From contig CAWHRE010000010.1 in assembly GCA_963831705.1 (NCBI GenBank), positions 1,419,412 through 1,483,411 on the forward strand: a DNA stretch of 64,000 bases, read 5' to 3'. Position numbers and translations under genes: made by a program. Below are positions 42,225 through 51,790 of this stretch, in pieces; the stretch's first letter is position 1; each line of letters opens with the position of its first letter. Source of the DNA: an uncultured Actinomycetota bacterium (GTDB taxonomy: Bacteria > Actinomycetota > Actinomycetes > Mycobacteriales > Micromonosporaceae). Below the pieces are notes generated by a model. That model searched no databases and was not told the origin of the DNA. It worked only from the letters and a program-made list of their open reading frames with translations.

Positions 42225-42997
42225 CAGATCCCCGCCCAGTTGGTCGCGCCAACGCTCGACCGCAGCCAGTCCATAAACGGCATCCACGCGTCGAAGACCA
42301 GCGCGAGGCCGATCACGATCAGCAGACCGCCGCCGATGCGGGTGACCCACCGGCTGTTTCGGCGAATCGCGCGGAACAGGCCGATCAACCGCCGGAAGCC
42401 AAGCCCGAAGATCAGGAACGGAAGACCGAGACCAAGGCAGTACGCGATGCCGAGCACCGTGGCTCGCCCGGTCTGGCCGCCGATGAGCGACATCGAGAAC
42501 ACCGCGCCGAGCGTCGGTCCGATGCACGGCACCCAGGAGAACGCGAACACGGCGCCGAGGATCGGTGCGCCCAACAGGCCGGCGGCCGGCAACCGCTGGA
42601 TCCGCCACTCGCGTTGCATCGCCGGGATGAACCCGAGGAAAGCGATGCCCAGCACGATCACCAGCACGCCGCAGACGATCTCGACGGTGCGCTGATGCCA
42701 CGCGAGCGTACGGCCGAGGCTGACGAACGCGATGTTCAGCACCGTGAAAACGACCGTGAATCCGGCGATGAAAAGCAGCGTGCCGGCCAGGATCCGGCCA
42801 ACCATGCGGGCTCGTTGCGGGTTGTCGTGGTCGGTCGCAGCGTCCAGGTCCGCACCGGCCAGACCGGTCATATAGGACAGATACCCGGGTACGAGCGGCA
42901 GCACGCACGGCGACAGAAAACTCACCAACCCGGCCGTGGCGGCGGCACCCGCGGCAACGACCAGCGGTCCGGTGGCGGCGACACTCGCGAAGCTCAT
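42224..42997 (-). CDS. ccdA: cytochrome c biogenesis thiol-disulfide transporter CcdA
   Basis: Starts at MSFASVAATGP. The motifs LSPCVLPLVPGY and SWVPCIGP are the two CcdA/DsbD cysteine motifs. Confidence 0.88.
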   Translation of the reverse strand: MSFASVAATGPLVVAAGAAATAGLVSFLSPCVLPLVPGYLSYMTGLAGADLDAATDHDNPQRARMVGRILAGTLLFIAGFTVVFTVLNIAFVSLGRTLAWHQRTVEIVCGVLVIVLGIAFLGFIPAMQREWRIQRLPAAGLLGAPILGAVFAFSWVPCIGPTLGAVFSMSLIGGQTGRATVLGIAYCLGLGLPFLIFGLGFRRLIGLFRAIRRNSRWVTRIGGGLLIVIGLALVFDAWMPFMDWLRSSVGATNWAGI

Positions 42998-43524
42998 GAC
43001 GTCTGCGCCGCCTTGATCATCGCGGTCAGGTCGGCGGACGAAACCGGCGCGAGATGAATCGACGCGACCTTCCCGGCCGCGTCGATCACCAGCGTGGACG
43101 GCACTTCCTTCGGCGGGATGTTCGCGAACGCGAGCATCACGTGACCCGCCGGATCGAAGATGCTCGGGTACGTGATTCCATGCGCCGACACGAACGCATT
43201 CGCCGAATCCTGCTGGTCGATAACGTTCACGCCGACGAAGACGACACCGGTCTCCTTGTACGTGCTCTCCAGGTCGGCGGCCTCGGCCCGGCAAGGCCCA
43301 CACCATGATCCCCAGAAGTTCATCACGACGACGTGGCCGCGCTCGGCTGCGAGATCGAACGTGCCGCCGCCGAGCAGCGGCTCGTTGGTGACGGCCGGAG
43401 CAGCGTCGCGATGCCCGGACGCGTAGTACGTCGTCGTCGCTTCGGATCCGGACGCAGTGTTGCTACAGGCGCCGACCGCGAGAACCGCGATCAGGCCCAG
43501 CATCACGGCGAGACGGCGTCGCAT
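42994..43524 (-). CDS. TlpA/ResA-like thiol-disulfide oxidoreductase lipoprotein
   Basis: Has a signal peptide with lipobox LAVGAC and the thioredoxin active site WGSWCGPC. Confidence 0.85.
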   Translation of the reverse strand: MRRRLAVMLGLIAVLAVGACSNTASGSEATTTYYASGHRDAAPAVTNEPLLGGGTFDLAAERGHVVVMNFWGSWCGPCRAEAADLESTYKETGVVFVGVNVIDQQDSANAFVSAHGITYPSIFDPAGHVMLAFANIPPKEVPSTLVIDAAGKVASIHLAPVSSADLTAMIKAAQTS

Positions 43525-43529
43525 ATCGA

Positions 43530-44183
43530 TCAAGCGCCCTTCGCGGTCTTCGCGGACGCGGACTGCGCGACGAGGTGAGCGGCCGGCTCGGCGTACATGA
43601 TGCCGGTGATGCGCGTACCGGTGAAGTGGAACGACGTCAGGCTGGCCAGACCACACTGACGCTTGCGCGGATCGTGCCAGAGGCGCTGCTTCTCGACGAA
43701 CCGGCGGAGGATCCAGATCGGGAGCTGGTGTGAGACGCAGACCGCCTCGTGACCTTCGGCCCGATCGCGGGCGGACTGGAGTGCGGTGAACATCCGACGG
43801 GCGATCTCGGTGTAGGGCTCGCCCCACGATGGCGTCAGCGGGTCACGCAGCACCCACCAGTTCTTCGGATCGCGCAGCGCGCCGTCGCCGACCGAGACAC
43901 GCTTGCCCTCGAAGAAGTTCGCACTCTCGATCAGGTTGTCGTCGATCGCGACCGGCAGACCGAACTCGGCGGCGAACGGTTCGGCGGTCTGCTGGGCGCG
44001 TTCGAGCGGACTCGCCACGAGATACGTCACGTCATGCCCGGACAGGTACGCCGCACCCGCCTTGGCCATCTGTACGCCCAGCTCGGAAAGCTTGAAGCCG
44101 GGCAAGCGGCCGTACAGGACCTTGTCGGGGTTGAAGACCTCGCCGTGCCGCAGCATGTGCACGATCGTCGTCGGCTCCGTCAC
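43530..44183 (-). CDS. histidine phosphatase family protein
   Basis: Has an RHGE motif (MLRHGEV) and occupies the conserved position between hemL and the thioredoxin/ccdA genes seen in Actinobacteria. Confidence 0.8.
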   Translation of the reverse strand: MTEPTTIVHMLRHGEVFNPDKVLYGRLPGFKLSELGVQMAKAGAAYLSGHDVTYLVASPLERAQQTAEPFAAEFGLPVAIDDNLIESANFFEGKRVSVGDGALRDPKNWWVLRDPLTPSWGEPYTEIARRMFTALQSARDRAEGHEAVCVSHQLPIWILRRFVEKQRLWHDPRKRQCGLASLTSFHFTGTRITGIMYAEPAAHLVAQSASAKTAKGA

Positions 44184-45535
44184 GCGTCCCCCTCTGCCGC
44201 TGCTCCACCTGACGCTGCTGCCGCCGCGCGCGCCGCGACCGGCAACGTCGCGGCGATCCGATTCATCGCCTTGTCGTCGATCGCGGCCGAGACGAACCAG
44301 GATTCGAACGCGCTCGGCGGCAGATAGACACCCCCGGCGAGCATCGCATGGAAGAACGCGCGGTATGCAGTGACGTCCTGCATCTTCGCGTCGTCGTAGT
44401 TGTGCACGTCACGATCGGCGAAAAAGATCGAGAACATGTTGCCGGCGCTGGACAGTCGGTGCGGCACGCCGGCTTCGGAGAGAGCCCTGGTCGCGAGCGA
44501 TGACACCATCGCAGCGTTCTTGTCCAGCCGCTGGTAGAGATCGGGTGTCGCGAGGCGCAGGGTGGCCAGCCCGGCGGCGCAGGCGAGCGGATTTCCGGAG
44601 AGCGTACCGGCCTGATAAACCGGGCCGGCCGGCGCGAGCCGGTCCATGATCTCCCGGCGACCGCCGAACGCGGCTGCGGGCAGCCCGCCGCCCATCACCT
44701 TGCCGAACGTAAACAGATCGGCGTCCACCGGTTCGAGTCCAGCCCAACCACCTGCGGAAACGCGGAAGCCAGTCATCACCTCGTCAACGATCAACAGGGC
44801 GCCGTGACGATGCGCGATCTCCGCGATCTTGACGTTGAATCCGTCGCGCGGCGCGACCACGCCCATGTTGCCGGCCGCGGCTTCGGTGATGATCGCCGCG
44901 ATGTCGTCGCCGTTGGTCCGGAATGCCTCCTCGACCGCGTCCACGTCGTTGTACGGGACCACGATCGTCTCGCTCGCCGCAGCGCCGGTGACTCCCGGCG
45001 AATCGGGCAGGCCCAGCGTCGCAACGCCCGAGCCCGCTGCGGCGAGCAGCGCGTCGACGTGGCCGTGGTAGCACCCGGCGAACTTCACGATCTTCGAGCG
45101 TCCGGTGAATCCACGGGCGAGGCGGATTGCCGACATCGTCGCCTCGGTACCGGAGTTGACCAGGCGGACCGCCTCGACGCGAGTACGGGCGACGATCTCT
45201 TCGGCCAGGTCGACCTCGCCGGGCGTCGGCGTACCGAAGCTGGTGCCCTTCCCGGCGGCGACCGTGATCGCCTCGACGACGGCGGGGTGCGCGTGTCCGA
45301 GGATCAGCGGCCCCCACGAGCAGACCAGGTCAACGTAGCGACGGCCGTCCGCATCGGTCAGATAGCAGCCGGTGCCGCTGACCATGAATCGCGGTACGCC
45401 ACCGACGGCGCGAAACGCGCGTACAGGGGAATTAACCCCGCCGGGCACGATGGCCTTGGCGCGGTCGAACAGGGCTTCGGATGCGGGGGCAGCGTAGGGG
45501 TACACGCCGGCGCCGGCAGGGTCGTCGTCTCTCAC
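44180..45535 (-). CDS. hemL: glutamate-1-semialdehyde 2,1-aminomutase
   Basis: The [18 protein letters not shown] and [10 protein letters not shown] motifs are present. The ORF is an intact 451 aa. Confidence 0.93.
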   Translation of the reverse strand: MRDDDPAGAGVYPYAAPASEALFDRAKAIVPGGVNSPVRAFRAVGGVPRFMVSGTGCYLTDADGRRYVDLVCSWGPLILGHAHPAVVEAITVAAGKGTSFGTPTPGEVDLAEEIVARTRVEAVRLVNSGTEATMSAIRLARGFTGRSKIVKFAGCYHGHVDALLAAAGSGVATLGLPDSPGVTGAAASETIVVPYNDVDAVEEAFRTNGDDIAAIITEAAAGNMGVVAPRDGFNVKIAEIAHRHGALLIVDEVMTGFRVSAGGWAGLEPVDADLFTFGKVMGGGLPAAAFGGRREIMDRLAPAGPVYQAGTLSGNPLACAAGLATLRLATPDLYQRLDKNAAMVSSLATRALSEAGVPHRLSSAGNMFSIFFADRDVHNYDDAKMQDVTAYRAFFHAMLAGGVYLPPSAFESWFVSAAIDDKAMNRIAATLPVAARAAAAASGGAAAEGDA

Positions 45536-45592
45536 AGCCCGACCAGTATGTCAAGACACCCTGAGCGTCCCCGTCCGCCCCTCTCACCCATC

Positions 45593-45657
45593 CAGTTGAT
45601 CCTGGAGTCAGTTGGCGCTTCGACGGCGTGTCGTGCGAATAACTCCAGGATCAACTT
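45593..45657. repeat. 65-bp palindromic element, family A copy 2 (inverted relative to copy 1)
   Basis: The arms are CAGTTGATCCTGGAGTCA and TAACTCCAGGATCAACTT. The loop is the reverse complement of the loop at 30863-30890 with a few mismatches. Confidence 0.85.
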
Positions 45658-45688
45658 CGGGTTTTCCACAACCCGGTCCACAACCCGG

Positions 45689-46504
45689 CTAGCTGAGCGG
45701 CATCACCAGCGTCGGCTTCATCGGCTCCGCATCGGGGTGGATCCGGCTGACCGCGGTGCCGAGCGCGAAGAACTCGATCGCGTGCTCGCCCCACGCCCAG
45801 GCCGACTCGTTGACCGTCACGCCGACGACGCCATCCGCACCGATTTGCTGGCCCTCGTACTGCATGCGGGCCATCGCGATCTCCCGGGCGTCGTACGCGG
45901 CCTGGCTGAACAGCACCATCTCGACGTTCTGTCCGGTTTGGGCAAGCATCTGCCGGAACGTCATGTGCGCGATGTGATAGACGCAGGTGCCGAGCACCAT
46001 CGATCTCGGCAGCCAGCCGTGATGCATCAGCGTGTAGAAGTCCTGGCCGGACAGGTGTGACGTGAACGGGCGGCCGGCCGCCGTACGGTATGACTTGCCG
46101 TCCTTTGCCTTGATCGCGGTACCGACCGCGAGGAACTCGATCACGTCGCTCGCGAACATGTAGTTGACCGGTCGGAGCTGTACGCCGATGACGCCGTCGG
46201 CGCCCAGCGCATCCGCCTCGGCTTCCATCCGCGCCATGGCGAGTTCACGCGCGCTGTACATGGCCTGGCTCAACACGTTCAGTTCCTGGCTCACGCTCCA
46301 CTTCGCCACCTGGACGCCCACGTGATAGAAGCACGTGCCGACGACCATGCCGATCGGCTCGAACCCGGACTGCTCGGTCAACACGAACTCGTTGACCGAC
46401 AGGTCGGACGTGAAGAATTGCTTGCCGCCGTGCTGGGAGCCGCTGAGACGGTTGGCGGCGCTGGCGGGTAGCTGCTGCGGTTGTTGCGATACCGGCAAGG
46501 TCAT
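45689..46504 (-). CDS. tandem YbjQ/DUF74 (heavy-metal-binding-like) domain protein
   Basis: Two internal repeats each contain AMARMEAEADALGADGVIGV / AMARMQYEGQQIGADGVVGV followed by IEFLAVGTA / IEFFALGTA, the YbjQ family pattern. Confidence 0.7.
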   Translation of the reverse strand: MTLPVSQQPQQLPASAANRLSGSQHGGKQFFTSDLSVNEFVLTEQSGFEPIGMVVGTCFYHVGVQVAKWSVSQELNVLSQAMYSARELAMARMEAEADALGADGVIGVQLRPVNYMFASDVIEFLAVGTAIKAKDGKSYRTAAGRPFTSHLSGQDFYTLMHHGWLPRSMVLGTCVYHIAHMTFRQMLAQTGQNVEMVLFSQAAYDAREIAMARMQYEGQQIGADGVVGVTVNESAWAWGEHAIEFFALGTAVSRIHPDAEPMKPTLVMPLS

Positions 46505-46564
46505 GTCTGGCAGCTTAAGTGCGACACCTTGCCGCAGGAACTCCTCTGTCGGTCAGTTGACGAG

Positions 46565-48658
46565 CTACGCCAGGCCGAACCGGTCGAGGATCCAGGAGAG
46601 TACGAACGCCTCCTCGTGCCACGAGTCGTAACGCCCGCTCGGACCGGCGTGACCGGCACCCATCTCGGTCTTCATCACGATGTCGGTACGCGGTGCGACC
46701 GCCCGCATGCGCGCTACCCACTTCGCCGGCTCGGTGTACAGCACGCGGGTGTCATTCAACGACGTCATCACGAGCTGTGCCGGGTAGTCCACGTCAACCA
46801 CGTTCTCGTACGGCGTGTAGGACTTCATGTACGCGTACACCTCGGCATCCGCGCCCGGGTTTCCCCACTCGTCCCACTCGACCACGGTGAGTGGCAGTGA
46901 CGGATCGAGGATCGTGGTCAACGCGTCCACGAACGGGACCTCGGCCACCACGCCGGCGAACGCGTCCGGCGCCATGTTCGTGACCGCGCCGACCAGCAGT
47001 CCACCGGCCGAGCCGCCGCGGGCGATCAGCCGGTCGGCACTGGTCCAGCCGGTCTCGACGACGTGGCGGGCGCACGCGATGAAGTCCGTGAACGTGTTTT
47101 TCTTCGCGAGCAGCTTGCCGTTCTCGTACCAGGAACGACCCATCTCGCCGCCGCCACGAATGTGCGCGATCGCGAACACCACGCCCCGATCGAGCAACGA
47201 AAGACGAGCGATCGAGAAGTACGGGTCCATCGACGCCTCGTACGAGCCGTAGCCGTAGAGCACCAGCGGTGCCGTACCGTCGCGTGGCGTGTCGCGGCGG
47301 GCCACGATCGAGATCGGCACCGAGACTCCGTCCGGCGCGGTGGCCCATACCCGGAACTGCTCGTAGTCCTCGGACCGGTACTCGCGCCCGGTCGCGTCCG
47401 GCAGTACCGGCTTGCGTTTGCGCAGCGTGAGCGCGCCGGTCGCGAGATCGCAGTCGAAGATCGAGGCCGGCGTCACCATCGACACAAACCCGATCCGGAT
47501 CGATGACGCCTGATACTCCTCGTTCGCGTCCATCCCGACGGTGTAGAGCGGCTCGTCGAACGTGATGTCGAACGACGGTGACCCGTCCACCGGCAGTACG
47601 CGCAGCGCGGTCAATCCAGCCGACCGCAGCGACAGGACCAGGTGATTCGCGAACGCGTCGATGTCGGTCAACCGGCGTCCGGGCTCATGATCGATCAACG
47701 GCAGCCAGGCACCGGGCACATCCACCCGCGTGTACGCGAGCGCGAAGTCTTCCGCGTCGTCGTTGTGCAGGATGAGGAATCGGTCGCCGTGGTGCTCGAC
47801 GTGGTACTCCACACCCTCACGCCGTGCAGCGATCGTCTGCAGTTCGGCGTACGGCTGGTCCGACGGGATGAACGAGGTCTCCGACGTGATCTTGCTGTTG
47901 GCCGAGAACATGATGAACCGCTCTGACCTGGTCAGACCGACGGCGACGCTGAAGCGTTCGTTCAGTTCGTGCAGGACGAGCGTGTCCTCGCTGGACGGCG
48001 TACCGATGACGTGCCGCCAGATCCGGTCGGACCGCCAGGCCTCGTCCATCGTCGCGTAGAAGAACGCCGACGCGTCGAGCGACCAGGCCGAGCTGTACCC
48101 GGTGTCGGTGATCACGTCGTCCAGCAATTCGCCGGTACGCAAATCCTTGAACTGCACGGTGTAGCGCTCGTCGCCGTCGAAGTCGACCGAGTACGCCAGC
48201 CAATTGCCGTCCGGGCTGATGTCGAACACGCCCAGCTCGAAGAAGTCGTGGCCGGCCGCGAGCGCGTTGCCGTCGAGCAAAACCTGCTCGCCATCCAGCG
48301 GCTTTCCGTCGCCGGTCAGCGGGGGTTCGTCGGACGTTGCCGCGACCCGGCACTGGATGCCGTACTGCGAGCCCTCGACCGTACGCGTGTAGTACCAGAA
48401 CCGGCCCTTCCGGACCGGCAGCGACAGATCGGTTTCGAGCGTGCGCTGCTTGATCTCGCCGAAGAGCGTCTCCCGCAGACCGGCGAGGTGCGCGGTACGA
48501 GCCTCCGCGTACGCGTTCTCCGCCTTCAGGTATTCGAGCGCGTCCGGATCTTCGAGCGCGGCGGCCATCCACGAGTACTCGTCGATGACGGTGTCGCCGT
48601 GGAAGGTGCGCTCGGTAGGCACTCGCTTGGCCACCGGCGGCGTCAGGTTCTGGGTCAC
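46565..48658 (-). CDS. ptrB: S9A prolyl oligopeptidase family, oligopeptidase B
   Basis: 697 aa with a beta-propeller N-domain, the catalytic GGSAGGLL serine motif, and the C-terminal GAGHAGPSGRY block. Confidence 0.88.
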   Translation of the reverse strand: MTQNLTPPVAKRVPTERTFHGDTVIDEYSWMAAALEDPDALEYLKAENAYAEARTAHLAGLRETLFGEIKQRTLETDLSLPVRKGRFWYYTRTVEGSQYGIQCRVAATSDEPPLTGDGKPLDGEQVLLDGNALAAGHDFFELGVFDISPDGNWLAYSVDFDGDERYTVQFKDLRTGELLDDVITDTGYSSAWSLDASAFFYATMDEAWRSDRIWRHVIGTPSSEDTLVLHELNERFSVAVGLTRSERFIMFSANSKITSETSFIPSDQPYAELQTIAARREGVEYHVEHHGDRFLILHNDDAEDFALAYTRVDVPGAWLPLIDHEPGRRLTDIDAFANHLVLSLRSAGLTALRVLPVDGSPSFDITFDEPLYTVGMDANEEYQASSIRIGFVSMVTPASIFDCDLATGALTLRKRKPVLPDATGREYRSEDYEQFRVWATAPDGVSVPISIVARRDTPRDGTAPLVLYGYGSYEASMDPYFSIARLSLLDRGVVFAIAHIRGGGEMGRSWYENGKLLAKKNTFTDFIACARHVVETGWTSADRLIARGGSAGGLLVGAVTNMAPDAFAGVVAEVPFVDALTTILDPSLPLTVVEWDEWGNPGADAEVYAYMKSYTPYENVVDVDYPAQLVMTSLNDTRVLYTEPAKWVARMRAVAPRTDIVMKTEMGAGHAGPSGRYDSWHEEAFVLSWILDRFGLA

Positions 48659-48669
48659 GTTGAATCACG

Positions 48670-50001
48670 CTACCGGGCGCTCTGGAAGCCGCTGAGCCGG
48701 TCGTCCAGGTCGCTACCCGGCGCGAACACGTACCTCTTTCCGATCTTGTGTTTGACCAGTAAACCGAGCTCTTCCAGCCCGACGAGATCCTGTCGGGCGG
48801 TCTCCGTGACGACGCGGTGCGCGGCCCGGTGGGATGACACCGTGTACTGCCCGGATCGGTGCGTCATGGCGTGCCGCAGCAGTGCCAGCTGGCGATGGTT
48901 CAAACCACCGTCGGCGGTGCCGACCTGCTCGCGCATCGCCCGCACCTCGTGGATCTTGCGCTCTAAATACACGGTCAAACCATCAAAAGCCTCGTGCAGT
49001 ACGGCCAACTGATGCACGAAGAAGTACGTGAGATCGTTCTCGTCGGTCTCGGTGTGCAGGTAGGCGGTCGCGTAGGCGCTGGGCGAGTGTCGGAGCACCC
49101 GGGAGATCGAGAGGAATTCGGTCAGCCAATAGCCGTGCCGCAGCATCGACCAGTAGAACAGCGCCCGGGCGGTACGCCCGTTCCCGTCCACGAACGGATG
49201 CTCGTACCCGAGCATGAAATGCAGCGTGATCGCGCGCAGCACCGGCGGCAGGTAGGACGGCCCGTCATCGGCATTCGCGAACGCGCAAAGTGCCTCGATC
49301 CGCGCCGGCAACAGTACGGCCGGCGGTGGCTCGTAAAGCACGTCATCGGCCGCGTACACCCCGACACGATCCTCGTCCGCGCGCTGGAATCGCCCCGCCG
49401 TACCCGGGTCGTCCAGCGTGCCCGCCGTGACGATTCGTTGCAGCTCGCAGATCAGTTCTGGGGTTAGCGGCTCGTGGCGGAGGTCCCCGATGAATCGCAT
49501 CGCGGCGAAGTTGTTCGCGATCATGCGCTCGGATCGGTCGCGAGGTGGACGACCCGATCTGATCATGTCCTTCGCGACCAGTCGCGTGGTCGCGGCACCC
49601 TCCAGCTGGCTGGATCGGATCGACTCCTCGATCAGCGAGTTCACCAGGTATCGATCCCGGGTGGCCGGGTTCGCGACCTCCTCGCTCAGGCTGATCTGCC
49701 CGCTGGCGGTGGACGCGACGAATTCGATCTCGCGCAAAACCTGATCCGGCAACGTGTACGTGAACGATCGCCCGTCCGGATCCTCCAGACCGGTGAAGCG
49801 GCGCGTCGCACTGCGCCGGATCTTGGTGGCGAGCCACCACTCCTCGTGCGTCAGACCCTCCGGCGGTGCCTGGCGACGCAGCTCGTCCCAGTGTGGATAA
49901 CCGGCCGGGTCACGCGCCGCGAGCAGCAGTTGCACCATGCGCTGGTCCAGGCGCGGGTGGCCGATGTCGGCGAGTGCGGGCGGAGGATCGGGAAGACGCA
50001 C
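48670..50001 (-). CDS. Fic family protein (AMPylase type) with an N-terminal inhibitory motif and a C-terminal winged-helix domain
   Basis: Has the Fic motif HPFVDGNGRTAR and an upstream S-x-x-x-E-G motif (SSQLEG), and ends in a wHTH-like tail (ARQDLVGLEELGLLVKHKIGKRYVF). GTG start with AGGAGG 7 nt upstream. Confidence 0.88.
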   Translation of the reverse strand: MRLPDPPPALADIGHPRLDQRMVQLLLAARDPAGYPHWDELRRQAPPEGLTHEEWWLATKIRRSATRRFTGLEDPDGRSFTYTLPDQVLREIEFVASTASGQISLSEEVANPATRDRYLVNSLIEESIRSSQLEGAATTRLVAKDMIRSGRPPRDRSERMIANNFAAMRFIGDLRHEPLTPELICELQRIVTAGTLDDPGTAGRFQRADEDRVGVYAADDVLYEPPPAVLLPARIEALCAFANADDGPSYLPPVLRAITLHFMLGYEHPFVDGNGRTARALFYWSMLRHGYWLTEFLSISRVLRHSPSAYATAYLHTETDENDLTYFFVHQLAVLHEAFDGLTVYLERKIHEVRAMREQVGTADGGLNHRQLALLRHAMTHRSGQYTVSSHRAAHRVVTETARQDLVGLEELGLLVKHKIGKRYVFAPGSDLDDRLSGFQSAR

Positions 50002-50011
50002 AGTACAACCT

Positions 50012-50090
50012 CCTGCTAATTACTGCCAGATTAGCAGGTACGACCGACCAAACCTGCTAATCCAGCACCAACTGGCAGTTGCCTAGCAGC
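50012..50090 (-). promoter_or_regulatory. nested inverted repeats over the fic ribosome-binding site (candidate operator or 5'-UTR switch)
   Basis: CCTGCTAAT (50012-20) pairs with ATTAGCAGG (50030-38) as perfect 9-bp arms. A third CCTGCTAAT lies at 50053-61. ACTGCCAG (50022-29) pairs with CTGGCAGT (50072-79), which is followed by a degenerate TAGCAG. On the fic strand the proximal arm overlaps the AGGAGG. Confidence 0.5.
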
Positions 50091-50150
50091 CGTACCAACC
50101 CCAACTCCCTGTCGGCCTAACAGGCTTCGCCGGATGGCCGACTCGAGCAG

Positions 50151-50234
50151 TGATCGCGAATCTTGGCGCCAATGGAAGTCCAGTGCTGTGATCATGGCGA
50201 TTTGATCTCCCCCAGCGTCCAAGATCTCCGATCA
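50151..50234. repeat. GATC-rich inverted-repeat element, family B copy 4 (reverse orientation)
   Basis: TGATCGCGAATCTTGGCGCC...GTGATCATGGCGATTTGATCTCC...CCAAGATCTCCGATCA contains five GATC sites in 84 bp and is the reverse complement of copy 3. Confidence 0.85.
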
Positions 50235-50331
50235 GCAAACGGACGCCACGTCCGTCACTATCTGACGGATCTTCACATCTAGTGCAACGATGGCCTGAGA
50301 ACCTCTTCCGCCCCTACCGGTAGGAGTCTCT

Positions 50332-51790
50332 GTGTCGGACGTGTTCGCCCTGCTCATCGCGCGCCTTCGGGCGGAGCTCGGCGATCCGGCCGTGATCACC
50401 GATGCGGCGACCCTCCGCACATACGAGTGCGACGGCCTGACCGCCTACCGCACCGTACCGGGCGTTGTAGTTCTGCCGACGAGTGCTCAGGATGTGGCTC
50501 GAGCTGTTCGTGCGTGCCACGATTTCGGTGTTCCGTTCGTCGCCCGCGGCTCCGGCACCGGCTTGTCCGGCGGCGCCATGCCACACGCGGCCGGCGTCCT
50601 GATTGTCACCTCGAAGCTCAACCGGATCATCGAGATCGACATCGCGAACCGCCGGGCCATCCTGGAACCCGGCGTCTTCAACGCGGCGATCAGCGCGACC
50701 GTCGCCGGTGACGCGCTCTATTACGCGCCCGACCCGTCCAGCCAGCAGATTTGCTCGATCGGCGGCAACGTCGCGGAGAACTCCGGCGGTGCGCACTGCC
50801 TCAAGTACGGCTTCACCGTCCACCACGTCACCGGCCTGGAGATCTGTACGCCGGACGGACGAGCTCGTCCGGATAGGTGCCGGTCGCGCTGCCGAAGCAC
50901 CCGGATACGACCTGACCGGCGTGTTCATTGGTTCGGAGGGCACGCTCGGCATCGCCACGAAGGTGTATGTCCGGCTGCTTCGCAAACCCGAATCGGTGGT
51001 CACGATCCTGGCCGGCTTCGCCACGATCGAGCAGGCCGGCGCCACCGTCGCGGCAATCGTCGCGGCCGGTCTGACACCCGCGGCGGCCGAGATCATGGAC
51101 GCGCTCGCGATCACCGCCGCCGAGAAGGCGGTGGCCTGCGGATATCCGGCGGGCGCGGGGGCCGTCCTGGTCGTGGAGGCGGACGGTCCGAGCGTCGAGG
51201 TCGAAGCGGAGCGCACCGCGATCGAGGACCTTTGCCGCGCGAACGGCGCGTTCGAAGTCCGGGTCGCCGCCGATGCGGCCGAGCGTGCGGCGCTGTGGCG
51301 GGGCCGGAAATCGGCGTTCGCCGCGGTCGGCCGGATCAGCTCGGACTACATCGTCCAGGACGGCGTCGTGCCGCGTACCGCGCTCGCGACCATGCTGCGC
51401 GAGATCGAAACACTGGCCGCCGAGGCGGGCGTCCAGGTCGCGAACGTCTTCCATGCCGGCGACGGCAACCTGCACCCGCTCGTTCTGTTCGACGCTTCGA
51501 TCCCCGGCGCGCTCGAAGCAGCCGAGGGCGTGTCCAACGAAATCTTGCGCCGGTGCGTCGCCCACGGTGGCTCGATCACCGGCGAACACGGTGTCGGCAT
51601 CGAGAAGGCGCCGCATATGGACTTCATGTTCACCGACGGCGACCTGGCCTCGATGAACCTGCTCCGATGCGCGTTCGATCCGGACGGCATCGCGAATCCG
51701 GGAAAGGTCTTCCCGACCCCACGCCTGTGCGGCGAACCGCGGCGCCGTCCGCAACTGACAAATCTGGACCCGGAGGTTGCGGTGTGGTGA
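50332..51790 (+). pseudogene. glcD: FAD-linked glycolate oxidase subunit GlcD, one +1 frame break
   Basis: The N-terminal FAD-binding PCMH domain (VVLPTSAQDVARAVRACHDFGVPFVARGSGTGLSGG) runs in frame 1 to about 50862. Conserved text continues in frame 2 (ELVRIGAG..GYDLTGVFIGSEGTLGIATK...GEHGVGIEK) to the stop at 51790. The span is 1459 nt = 3n+1. Confidence 0.85.

Noticed and set aside
40542-42908. 788-aa ResB with a long N-terminal extension, and the similarly extended NuoD (25429-27156), CcdA (42224-43306), ResA (42994-43827) and PaaE (34737-36581) track ORFs
   Set aside because: The extensions run out of frame across the upstream conserved gene and are Arg/Pro-rich. Conserved N-termini with coupled start/stop overlaps occur internally at 42224, 26760, 42997, 43524 and 35855.
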